NCBI GenBank assembly: GCA_016927185.1
Contig: JAFGND010000027.1
Span: forward strand, 1-36,847
Length of the DNA: 36,847 bases
Direction: 5' to 3'
Source: Candidatus Coatesbacteria bacterium
GTDB lineage: Bacteria; JAFGND01
A model generated the notes under the pieces. That model searched no databases and was not told the DNA's origin. It worked only from the letters and a program-made list of their open reading frames with translations. The position numbers and the translations under genes are program-made. Shown in pieces: positions 18,368 to 27,354 of the stretch. The stretch's first letter is position 1, and every line of letters begins with the position of its first letter.

Positions 18368-19641
18368 ATTTTTTCCTTTCCTTTGTTTTCATTATCAAGA
18401 CGAGCTCTTTCTTTCTCTGGATTGTTGATGAATGGATGAATTTCCAGGGCAGACTCCCTGCTCAGGAGACCTCCCTGTATGCTGCTTGTGAGATTGGCAA
18501 TTATCTCTGTTTCATTTGTAGGAAACGAGAGATTGAATATTATTTCATCAATTCTTTCATTGCTTTTCGCTGCTTCATTGAGAAAATTGAACATTTCCCT
18601 GAATTTGAAAGACAGTCTTGAAGAATGAAGTCTTGCTTTTGTTTCTGCGTCCTTGTAAAGAAGCTTTATCGTGACACCAGCTACATTTCCTGCAAGCGAG
18701 TTCTTGTCCACAAGAGGGGTACAGCTGAGATTGAATATTGTAGTTTTCAGTTCATCCCTTTTCTCCCTGAAACTTTCTGTTGCAAGCTCTCTTGGGACGT
18801 ATTTCACATCAGCTTCACTACCAGAGACAAGCAATATTTCATCTACTCCACGCTTGAATATAGTGCGGGTAAAATATACTCCATCATCCATTTCCTTTTC
18901 AGCAGAAGTGGTTCCGGAACCAAGATTCTCTATATTCTTCAGAACCAGCTGCGGGAAACCATGATAATCAAGTATATCAGACCAGTCGCTTTCATGAGCA
19001 TTGAATGCATCCTGGAGAGCAAGAAGACCGGTCAGATCGGAGATTCCGTACCTTGACTGGCTTGCATTGAAACCTACAGCGAAATGGAAAAAAGGCAATC
19101 TGTTGAAACCATGCAGATAACTTCCCTCATATTTGAAATCCGAGTTTTCTGACAGGGAATTATCAGTACTGAATCTGTGAAGCATTTTGTCCTGATACAA
19201 GTCCAAAATGAGTTTTTCATGCTTGACGTTGAGTGGTGTATAAACACGCAGGACTTCCTTCAAGGAGTCAGTCTTTTCATCCCAACTTGCAAATATCTCA
19301 GAGTCAAGTATTGCCTTGTAAGAGAATTCTCCGTCCTTCCTGTAGCATAAAGCCCAGCTGTTTCCATGCAGCAAGGCAAGATGGACAATATCCATATTGG
19401 TAAGATGATTACCCAGTTCAGGAGAGAAAGGCTTGGAGATGAGAATTGAAGTTGCTTCATCAATTATCCTTTTGCAGAAATTGGCAACTATGCGGTATCT
19501 GCGTCTTCTCCTTGGATCATGTAATATTGCATGATCCCCAAGATAGTAAGAGCTGAATTTTTCATTCAGTCTGTGCCTTTCTTCCTGTTCTTCATCGAAT
19601 ATCAGATTCCTTATGTTATCCTTGAGGAGGTTTTCAGTCAT
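18364..19641 (-). CDS. Phage portal protein (SPP1 gp6-like, about 425 aa)
   Basis: YYLGDH, NFCKRIID, HGFNRLPFFHF, GISDL, LQDAFN, AGVTIKLLY, LSRESALE. Start reassigned to ATG 19641 after AAGGAAAGGA; the track start 19947 overlaps the opposite-strand gene. Confidence 0.88.
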   Translation of the reverse strand: MTENLLKDNIRNLIFDEEQEERHRLNEKFSSYYLGDHAILHDPRRRRRYRIVANFCKRIIDEATSILISKPFSPELGNHLTNMDIVHLALLHGNSWALCYRKDGEFSYKAILDSEIFASWDEKTDSLKEVLRVYTPLNVKHEKLILDLYQDKMLHRFSTDNSLSENSDFKYEGSYLHGFNRLPFFHFAVGFNASQSRYGISDLTGLLALQDAFNAHESDWSDILDYHGFPQLVLKNIENLGSGTTSAEKEMDDGVYFTRTIFKRGVDEILLVSGSEADVKYVPRELATESFREKRDELKTTIFNLSCTPLVDKNSLAGNVAGVTIKLLYKDAETKARLHSSRLSFKFREMFNFLNEAAKSNERIDEIIFNLSFPTNETEIIANLTSSIQGGLLSRESALEIHPFINNPEKERARLDNENKGKEKI

Positions 19642-19744
19642 TTGTATCCTTTCCTTAAAAAAGCTTGACTTTACAATATATATACTCATTCCGCTTTCTT
19701 CTGGAGTATAAAGAAATCTTTTGCAAGGCAATGAATTATAGAGT

Positions 19745-20545
19745 ATGAACTCAGTCTTCTCTAGAAAAGCAGTTCTTACAAAATCGGGAAGGATTTTGCT
19801 GGCTTCTGTATTGCTGTTTTTCCTTACAGGTGTCTGGCAAATTCTCATAGGCATTAATGATAACCAGTATTTCCGTGCTCTTGCAAAAGAGATAAGAAGA
19901 AGTGCAGTTGAAGACAGTTCATTTGCACTTGCTTCTATGAAACACATTCATATTGAAGTGTTGAAAAAGCCTCAAAACCAGGATCTGCCATATCTGGATT
20001 TGTTTTATCAGACTTTCCTGAATGGGTGCAGAAACAAGACTTATCTGATTTATCACACTGGATGGCTTGACAGTCCATGTAGTGAGGTTTCCAGGGTTCT
20101 CATCATTCTTCTCGATGCAGGAGGAGTGAAATCCCACAGGATACGCTCTGGTGGTCATACGCTTGTTGAAGTGTTTTTTGATGGCAAATGGCATTTGTTT
20201 GATCCGACATTCAATTACGTATGGAGAAAGGACAGTGGGGAAATTGCATCCTTTGTCGAAGTCAAGGCAGATACAACTCTTCTTTTCAGGATAAGGAAGG
20301 ATCATCCGGACTTCAAATATGTCTTTAATGAAGATTTCAGGATGGCTTGGAAAAGATTTCCTCTTCCTGTTATAAAGCATATCCTGCTCCTTTTCTATAC
20401 TGAAGATGAGCTGGTTTCATGGAATACTCCCTACTGGATGATGAGACCGCCAATGATTGGTGCATTAATTTCATTTTCCTTGTCAGCATTACTCTTGCTT
20501 GTTTTCTCTGTCATTGTATATAGAAAGGCGAGAAAAAGAAGCTAG
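19745..20545 (+). CDS. Membrane-anchored transglutaminase-like (papain-fold) protein
   Basis: Cys-His-Asp triad in family context (PCSEVSR...GGHTLVEVFFDGKWHLFDPT); N- and C-terminal TM helices. Confidence 0.75.
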   Translation: MNSVFSRKAVLTKSGRILLASVLLFFLTGVWQILIGINDNQYFRALAKEIRRSAVEDSSFALASMKHIHIEVLKKPQNQDLPYLDLFYQTFLNGCRNKTYLIYHTGWLDSPCSEVSRVLIILLDAGGVKSHRIRSGGHTLVEVFFDGKWHLFDPTFNYVWRKDSGEIASFVEVKADTTLLFRIRKDHPDFKYVFNEDFRMAWKRFPLPVIKHILLLFYTEDELVSWNTPYWMMRPPMIGALISFSLSALLLLVFSVIVYRKARKRS

Positions 20546-21876
20546 CGCAGCATTGTCCTTTCTATTATATGTCTGTCTATGCATCTTCCCAGTGGATACA
20601 GATTTATTATCAAGTATCTCAAGGCATCTGCAAAGTGGTCATGAACACCATCTTTCCTTGGTATGTCAGATAGTGAATGTACCGAGGGCGGATAATGATA
20701 ACCTTCAAGGCTTGTAATAAGACTGGTGCATTTGCTGTTTATGAAAAGTCTTGAAGTTTCACCATACTCACCAATGAGATTTCTAACTCTTTCTATTGTA
20801 CCAGCAAGCATCCTGTTTTCCCTGTTTGTAGAGTAACTTACAGGAAGTCCTGCATTCCTGAACATGATTATCTCGCTTGTTCCAAAACTGTTTACTGATT
20901 TACCTGCAGGATCACAGTAGATTGCCTGAATCTGCCGGAAATACTTCCTTGTTTTTATCCAGTCTATAAGCTCCAGAACTGAAACATCGCATTCACCGAA
21001 CTCATCGAATACAATCAATCTGTCATCCATCTGATATGCTGAAACAATGGCTGGATGCCTGAAACCGAAGTCTATTCCAAGATAGACTGAAATATCCATA
21101 GACGGTTCATCATTACAGATGTTCTTGTTCCTGCTGAAGCCCTTGTACACTCTGTCTTGAGGGGCGACAAATTCAGCTCCGAATTCCTGGGCGAATCTCT
21201 CAGCTGACATTATTTTCTGGCTTTCCTTGAATTCAGGATCATCTGCTCCCTGAGGAAAGATTCTTGAATTGTCCCAGCTTGGCGATTTCAATGACCACCA
21301 TGCTGTGAAATTCTGATCCTGTCCTAAATTGAACATTTCCTCGAACCAGTTATGACCTGCTGGTGTGCTTATCAAAATTGCCTTTCCCTTCCTGTCAGTC
21401 AGTGCAGGTCTCAAGTAAACATCCCAGATTTCGTGATTTACCCTTGCTGCTTCGTCTATTATAAGCAAGTCAAGACCTTCTCCCAGAAGTGAAACCGGAT
21501 TGTCAGCAGTCTTGGCAATTATACTGCTATCCGTAGTAAGTTCTATGCTCCTTTCTGTCTTGTTTATTCTCTTTATCTTGTCTTTTGAATGAAAGAGAAG
21601 ATTGTGTTTCACTTCATTGAAGATTCTTCCGGTGAGATCATAAGTAGGTGCAACAATCCAGATCTTCTTGTTTTCCTCTATTGCAAGGAGTTCTGCTTCA
21701 CGTGCTGCAGCTACAGTTTTTCCCCAGCGTCTTCCGCAAACCAGCACCCTGAATCTTGCATTTTCACTATGGAAAGCAAGTTGCGCGTTATGCGGGGTAT
21801 AATCTATTTCCGAGAAATAGTTTCTTGCAGCATCATCAAGGATGCCGCCCGTTGTGATTGAAATATTTTCGTTCAT
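20542..21876 (-). CDS. terL: Terminase large subunit
   Basis: PHNAQ adenine-binding motif, Walker A GRRWGKT, Walker B LLIIDEA, coupling motif ISTP, nuclease GIDFG...YCDPAG...DHFADALRY. Confidence 0.95.
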   Translation of the reverse strand: MNENISITTGGILDDAARNYFSEIDYTPHNAQLAFHSENARFRVLVCGRRWGKTVAAAREAELLAIEENKKIWIVAPTYDLTGRIFNEVKHNLLFHSKDKIKRINKTERSIELTTDSSIIAKTADNPVSLLGEGLDLLIIDEAARVNHEIWDVYLRPALTDRKGKAILISTPAGHNWFEEMFNLGQDQNFTAWWSLKSPSWDNSRIFPQGADDPEFKESQKIMSAERFAQEFGAEFVAPQDRVYKGFSRNKNICNDEPSMDISVYLGIDFGFRHPAIVSAYQMDDRLIVFDEFGECDVSVLELIDWIKTRKYFRQIQAIYCDPAGKSVNSFGTSEIIMFRNAGLPVSYSTNRENRMLAGTIERVRNLIGEYGETSRLFINSKCTSLITSLEGYHYPPSVHSLSDIPRKDGVHDHFADALRYLIINLYPLGRCIDRHIIERTMLR

Positions 21877-21885
21877 TTCACTTAT

Positions 21886-21914
21886 AGTATACGTATTTTT
21901 TTTCGTTTTGTCAA
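21886..21914 (-). promoter_or_regulatory. Near-consensus sigma70 promoter directly upstream of terL
   Basis: TTGACA-N17-TATACT, with only 9 nt between the -10 hexamer and the terL ATG. Confidence 0.75.
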
Positions 21915-22199
21915 GCTAAAAAATTTTTTTCTTAAAAAAGGTAGCTATTCTTACCATAAAAGTATACAAAAGTATATAAAAGTAATAACTTTTAGGACAT
22001 ATTTTATATAATTATATGTCAGGAAGGTGCTCAAGAGAATGGATACAAGCAGATTCCTGAAACAACCTTCTTTATAATTCATGAAAATCAAAAAAATCAT
22101 GATTCGCATTATCAAAGGCTTAAGGCAGTTTTTGCTTATAATTTTTTCATCCAGAAAATTATAAAGAAAGAAGCAAGTATCCTGGGATCAGGATTTATT

Positions 22200-24107
22200 C
22201 TATTTAACTACTTCAATGAATTCTGGCTCTATGTGCTTCAGAAATGGGCTTGGATAAGTGTTTATCCTCTGCCCCATGATGCGACGCATTCTTGCATAGA
22301 AAAGGTAGACTTCATTCTTTGCTCTTGTAATACCTACATAAAAAAGCCTTCTCTCTTCCTCTTCATCCCTGTCAGTGAAGCTGCCAAGCGGAAGAAGACC
22401 ATCTTCCACTCCAACTATGCACACTTTTGGAAACTCAAGACCCTTTGCATTATGCAGTGTCATTAGCGTTACAACATGCTTATCGGACTTCAAATCATCA
22501 ATGTCAGTAAGAAGAGAAGTCTCATTAAGATAATTGCCAATTGTAGGTTCACTGCTTCTTTCAAGGAAATCCTCCATGCCATCAAGTAATGCATATACAT
22601 TGTCCATCCTTGACTTCTCTTCAATGTCATCCTTGTTGAACTGGCTCAAGAAATCAGTATCCTCTATTATCAGGTGAGTAAGCGTATAAATATCTGATTT
22701 TTCTGACACTTTCTTCCATTTAATGAATAATTCATGAAGCCTCTGGAGTTCATTTTTCTTGATGCCCTTGCTTTTTGATGACAGCATTCCAAGTGCCTCT
22801 ACAGGATCAACTCCCTTTTCAAAGAGACTTCGTATATCTTCATTCGTCTTCTCCCCAAGCCCTCTTCTTGGTACATTCAAGATGCGAAGCAGATCCTGGA
22901 GTGATGAGTTTGAATAAACTACCTTGAGATATGAAAGAATATCCTTTATTTCCTTTCTTTCATAGAATTTTATCCCTCCAATAACCTGATAGGGTATATT
23001 GTATCTTCTTATCGCATCTTCAAGAACTCTGGACTGGGCATTTGTTCTGTACAATATGGCAAAGTCCTCATTGCTGCCCTGAATAATCCTTGCAACCATT
23101 GATGCTTCCTCATTTTCGTCAAATGCCTTGTATAACTTCAATCTGGTGCCTTCCGGACGGGTTGTCCAGAGAGTCTTGCTCTGCCTGAACTTGTTGAACT
23201 TTACAACGCAATTTGCAGCATTAAGGATATTTCCTGTGCTTCTGTAATTCTGCTCCAGCCTGATTATCTTGGCATCCCTGTAATCCTTGTCAAAACTCAG
23301 TATGTTTTTTATGTCAGCTCCTCTCCAGCCATAGATGGATTGATCATCATCACCTACTACATTCACATAGGTGCTGTCTCCTGAAAGAGCCTTCAAGAGC
23401 TTGTATTGAATGTAATTCGTATCCTGATACTCATCAACAAGAATGTATTTGAAATTATTCTGATATTTTTCCCTAAGCTCTGAATTGCAATTCAGCATTT
23501 CATAAGTCTTGCAGAGTAAATCATCGAAGTCATAAGCCTTGTTTTTTTCCTTGTATTTTTCATATTGCAGATAAATCTTCGCATATTCCTCAGCAAGATA
23601 GCCACTTGCGAAACTGAGATATTCCCCTGGAGAAATACCGCTTATCTTTGCATTCGAGATTTCATTAATGACTGATCTCTGCTGTACCTTCTTCAAGGAA
23701 ACATCCTTTATTATTCTTGATATTGCCTTCTTCTTGTCATCCTCATCCCAGATTATGTAATTTGAACCACAACTGTGATACTCGCCTTCAATTCGAAGCA
23801 TTCTCCCGCAAATCGCATGGAATGTTCCGAACCAGACTTTTTTTACCTGTCTCTCTGAAATCAGTCTTGCAGCTCTTTCCTTCATTTCATTTGCTGCCTT
23901 GTTTGTGAAAGTTACTGCCATTATATTCCATGGTTTTATATCATGTATATCAAGGAGATAAGCAATCTTATAAGTGAGAACCCTTGTCTTTCCGCTTCCT
24001 GCACCTGCAAGTATCCATAAATGGCTGTTTATATGCTGAACTGCTTCAAATTGAGCTGGATTCAAAGCCTCCTTGTATTTTGCAATTCTGTCAGATTCTG
24101 AAAACAT
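22200..24107 (-). CDS. uvrD: ATP-dependent DNA helicase UvrD/PcrA
   Basis: AGAGSGKT, TFTNKAA, VDEYQDTN, VGDDDQSIYGWRGA, LEQNYRS, TLHNAKGLEF, EERRLFYVGITRA. Confidence 0.95.
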   Translation of the reverse strand: MFSESDRIAKYKEALNPAQFEAVQHINSHLWILAGAGSGKTRVLTYKIAYLLDIHDIKPWNIMAVTFTNKAANEMKERAARLISERQVKKVWFGTFHAICGRMLRIEGEYHSCGSNYIIWDEDDKKKAISRIIKDVSLKKVQQRSVINEISNAKISGISPGEYLSFASGYLAEEYAKIYLQYEKYKEKNKAYDFDDLLCKTYEMLNCNSELREKYQNNFKYILVDEYQDTNYIQYKLLKALSGDSTYVNVVGDDDQSIYGWRGADIKNILSFDKDYRDAKIIRLEQNYRSTGNILNAANCVVKFNKFRQSKTLWTTRPEGTRLKLYKAFDENEEASMVARIIQGSNEDFAILYRTNAQSRVLEDAIRRYNIPYQVIGGIKFYERKEIKDILSYLKVVYSNSSLQDLLRILNVPRRGLGEKTNEDIRSLFEKGVDPVEALGMLSSKSKGIKKNELQRLHELFIKWKKVSEKSDIYTLTHLIIEDTDFLSQFNKDDIEEKSRMDNVYALLDGMEDFLERSSEPTIGNYLNETSLLTDIDDLKSDKHVVTLMTLHNAKGLEFPKVCIVGVEDGLLPLGSFTDRDEEEERRLFYVGITRAKNEVYLFYARMRRIMGQRINTYPSPFLKHIEPEFIEVVK

Positions 24108-24119
24108 GTGATTATCTTG

Positions 24120-25331
24120 TTATATCAGGGGTGCATTTACTATCTCGAAAGCAACTTTCAATGCCTGATTAGTCTCTTTGACATCATGAACCCTCAAGAT
24201 TGAAGCACCATTCATGTAAGCCATTACTGATGAAGTAATTGATCCAGCTAATCTGTTATCAACGTCCGCATCAGTAATCTTACCAATGAAGCTTTTTCTG
24301 GATGAGCCAACAAGTATTGGCAAACCGAATGATTTGAAAACATTCAATCCCTTGATAATTGTAAGGTTCTGCTCAGTAGTCTTGCTGAAACCTATTCCGG
24401 GATCTATTATAATCTGATTTATGCTAATACCTGAGCTGATTATTTCCTCAAGCCTTTTCTCGAAGAATATGTGCATGTCCAGAAGAAGATTGTCATAATC
24501 AGTCATTGACTGCATGCTCTGTGGCATACCTCTCATGTGCATTACTATGAAAGGCAAGCCATTATCAGCCATAAATTTACGCAATGCTGGATTCCTCAAC
24601 CCTGTTATATCATTTAAAATGTCTGCACCATTTGCAAACGCCTTTTCTGCCACCTCTATTTTGTAAGTATCAATGGAGATTGGGAGAGAAGTCTTTTTTC
24701 TCAGATCAACCAGCACAGGTTCCACTCGTCTCCATTCTTCTTCTGCAGTTATTGGAGTGGCATTGGGTCTTGTAGACTCGCCTCCGATATCAATTATATC
24801 AGCTCCATCCTCCTCCATTTTTAGAGCCTGTGAAATTGCAGCATCAAAGTCATTCAATCTGCCATCATTAGAGAAAGAATCTGGAGTGAGATTAAGTATT
24901 CCCATAATTACAGGCTTCCTGCCAATTTCCAGTATCCTGCCATCTCTCAGCTTGAGATCCCACACACTTTTCTTCAAATCATGTAATGCCTTTTCTATTA
25001 TATGAGCTACTTTTTGAAGAGAAAACTGCTGATCCCTTATAGAGCTGATTGCCATCTGGTATTGCTTTTCAGTTGCAAGAGTGATAACAAAGAGGTTGTT
25101 CAAGGTCTCTGTAATAGCAAGAGATGATATAGCTGCCTCACCGCCATATGCAAGAAGTGCCTGCTTCAGTATTATGCAAGCTTGTGACTTGAGAGGACCG
25201 ATCTTGAAAGGAATTACCGATGATTTCAAAATCATTCTTTCAATTCCATACCTGTCAACGCCTATGCAGCAGCATAGATCATTAAAATCCTTTGAGTTTA
25301 ATTTTGGAAGTGTGAGTAAATTAATCATCAA
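24120..25331 (-). CDS. folP: Dihydropteroate synthase with N-terminal extension
   Basis: [41 protein letters not shown]. Confidence 0.95.
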   Translation of the reverse strand: MMINLLTLPKLNSKDFNDLCCCIGVDRYGIERMILKSSVIPFKIGPLKSQACIILKQALLAYGGEAAISSLAITETLNNLFVITLATEKQYQMAISSIRDQQFSLQKVAHIIEKALHDLKKSVWDLKLRDGRILEIGRKPVIMGILNLTPDSFSNDGRLNDFDAAISQALKMEEDGADIIDIGGESTRPNATPITAEEEWRRVEPVLVDLRKKTSLPISIDTYKIEVAEKAFANGADILNDITGLRNPALRKFMADNGLPFIVMHMRGMPQSMQSMTDYDNLLLDMHIFFEKRLEEIISSGISINQIIIDPGIGFSKTTEQNLTIIKGLNVFKSFGLPILVGSSRKSFIGKITDADVDNRLAGSITSSVMAYMNGASILRVHDVKETNQALKVAFEIVNAPLI

Positions 25332-27288
25332 GTTCTTTTATTTTTTCCTGAATTATCTCATCCGTTTTTTCAGGAAAATCACTTTCTCCTGATTCTTCTT
25401 TGGTTTCAGTAAATCTCTCTGGAAAGATAATCATGTCTATATCATCTCCAGCAAGTGTTTCCATCTGGATCAATGCATCAGTTATTTTTTTCAGCCTGTC
25501 AAGATTGTCTTTCAGAAGATTTACTGCCCTTTCATATTGTTTCAATATCAATGACTGGATTTCATTATCTATAAGAATGGCTGTTTGTTCGCTGTATTCC
25601 TTGTGCCTTATGAATTCACGTCCGAGGAATATGTTTTCCTGTTTCTCACCGAAAGTTACAGGTCCCATTTTCTCACTCATTCCCCATTCACAAATCATCT
25701 TCCTTGCAAGTGCAGTTGCTCTTTCCAGATCATTGCCTGCACCAGTTGACAGTTCCTTGAACATGAGCCATTCAGCAGCACGTCCTCCAAGCATGAAAGC
25801 GATCTGGTCTTCGCAGAATGTCTTTGTGAAACTGTGTTTCTCATCAAGCGGAAGTGCCTGAGTAAGACCCAGTGCTCGTCCTCTTGGAATTATCGTGACC
25901 TTGTGAATGGGATCCATTCCAGGGATAAGTCTGGAGACAAGTGTATGACCTGCTTCATGAGTTGCAGTATTAAGCTTCTCTTTCTCTGAGAGAACCAGGC
26001 TTCTCCTCTCTGCACCCATAAGAACCTTGTCTTTTGCAGCCTCGAAATCTTCCATCTCTATTGATGTCTTGTTTTTCCTTGCAGCAAGCAATGCAGCCTC
26101 ATTTACAAGATTGGCAAGGTCTGCACCACTAAATCCAGGAGTCCCCCTTGCAAGCACCTGAAGGTTTACATCCGATCCGAGAGGAACCTTCCTTACATGA
26201 ACCTGGAGTATTCCTTCCCTTCCCTTGACGTCCGGCTGATCCACTACTACCTGTCTGTCAAATCTTCCTGGTCTCAGCAATGCAGGATCAAGAACATCAG
26301 GTCTGTTTGTTGCCGCTATTATTATAACACCTTCATTGGTTATGAAACCATCCATTTCTACAAGGAGTGCGTTAAGTGTCTGTTCCCTCTCATCATGTCC
26401 CCCTCCAAGTCCAGCTCCTCTATGCCTTCCCACTGCATCAATTTCATCTATGAAAATTATGCATGGGGCACTCTTCTTTCCTTGATCGAACAAGTCCCTT
26501 ACCCTGCTTGCCCCAACTCCTACAAATAATTCAACAAAGTCTGAGCCGCTTATGGAGAAGAAACTTACATCAGCTTCTCCAGCTACCGCACGTGCCAGCA
26601 AGGTTTTTCCTGTACCCGGAGGCCCAAGCAGGAGAACACCTTTAGGTATCTTGCCTCCAAGCTGCTGGAATTTCTTCGGATTTTTCAGGAAATCTATTAT
26701 CTCGCCAAGCTCTTCCTTTGCTTCATCAACTCCTGCAACATCCTTGAATGTCACCTTGAGCTTCTGGTCAGAAAGAAGCCTTGCCTTGGATTTTCCGAAA
26801 GAGAAAATTCCCTTGCCATTCAGTCTCATCATTGAAAGCCAGAAAATAATTATGATAAGCAATGGCAGCCATGAAAGGAAAACGCCAAACCAGTTCATGC
26901 CTTTTGGTTTCGCATTAATCAAGACACCTTGCTTTTTCAATGTCTCTACAAGCGTATTATCATCAAAAGGTATATATGTATTGAAAAAAGCTGTCTTCTT
27001 TTTCTGGTCAGCCATGGGATTGTCAGGAATATCAAGAGAAGCCGTTTTCAGTTCACCTTCTATCTGTCTCTCCTCAAAAGTTATCTCTTTTATATCACTT
27101 TTCTCGAGAAGCTCCCGGAACTGGGAATATGGGATATTCACCCTGTCTTCCTTGAAACGACCTACAAGAACAAATATGAAATATGAAAGCAGAGCAATGA
27201 CTATCCAGAAAATGAAAGTTTTGGCTGATTTAGCCATCTTGTCATATTTCTTGTTGTCATTGTCTGGTTCTTTTCTGTTATCTTGCAT
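25321..27288 (-). CDS. ftsH: ATP-dependent zinc metalloprotease FtsH
   Basis: Two TM segments, [11 protein letters not shown] region [13 protein letters not shown] zinc motif. Confidence 0.97.
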   Translation of the reverse strand: MQDNRKEPDNDNKKYDKMAKSAKTFIFWIVIALLSYFIFVLVGRFKEDRVNIPYSQFRELLEKSDIKEITFEERQIEGELKTASLDIPDNPMADQKKKTAFFNTYIPFDDNTLVETLKKQGVLINAKPKGMNWFGVFLSWLPLLIIIIFWLSMMRLNGKGIFSFGKSKARLLSDQKLKVTFKDVAGVDEAKEELGEIIDFLKNPKKFQQLGGKIPKGVLLLGPPGTGKTLLARAVAGEADVSFFSISGSDFVELFVGVGASRVRDLFDQGKKSAPCIIFIDEIDAVGRHRGAGLGGGHDEREQTLNALLVEMDGFITNEGVIIIAATNRPDVLDPALLRPGRFDRQVVVDQPDVKGREGILQVHVRKVPLGSDVNLQVLARGTPGFSGADLANLVNEAALLAARKNKTSIEMEDFEAAKDKVLMGAERRSLVLSEKEKLNTATHEAGHTLVSRLIPGMDPIHKVTIIPRGRALGLTQALPLDEKHSFTKTFCEDQIAFMLGGRAAEWLMFKELSTGAGNDLERATALARKMICEWGMSEKMGPVTFGEKQENIFLGREFIRHKEYSEQTAILIDNEIQSLILKQYERAVNLLKDNLDRLKKITDALIQMETLAGDDIDMIIFPERFTETKEESGESDFPEKTDEIIQEKIKELDD

Positions 27289-27354
27289 AAAAACTTGAAT
27301 TTTTAAAACGGTCTATTACGTCAACCATATTTGTAACCTTGAACAAAAAATATT

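Larger units (their letters stand above)
6825..21876 (-). mobile_element. Phage-derived head-tail morphogenesis cluster (GTA-like or defective prophage), about 15 kb
   Basis: Canonical order terL-portal-scaffold-decoration-capsid-connector-tube-chaperone-tape measure-tail tip; no integrase, replication or repressor genes; flanked directly by clpC and uvrD. Confidence 0.85.

Noticed and set aside
19665-19730. Divergent sigma70 promoters between portal and the transglutaminase-like gene
   Set aside because: TTGACT/TATACT-like hexamers occur on both strands but with 10-15 nt spacing, so no specific promoter can be called.
19642-19947. N-terminal 102 aa of the 527 aa portal ORF in the track
   Set aside because: It overlaps the + strand transglutaminase-like gene; a good RBS and portal-like sequence begin at ATG 19641.
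6825-21876. Complete inducible prophage, tailocin/eCIS, phage satellite or encapsulin
   Set aside because: No integrase, repressor or replication genes (against prophage and satellite); TerL, portal and capsid are present and there is no sheath (against tailocin/eCIS); portal and tail are present (against encapsulin). A truncated prophage remains possible.
24960-25331. About 130 aa N-terminal extension on FolP as a novel fusion
   Set aside because: Long-form FolP proteins of about 400 aa are familiar from various anaerobes.
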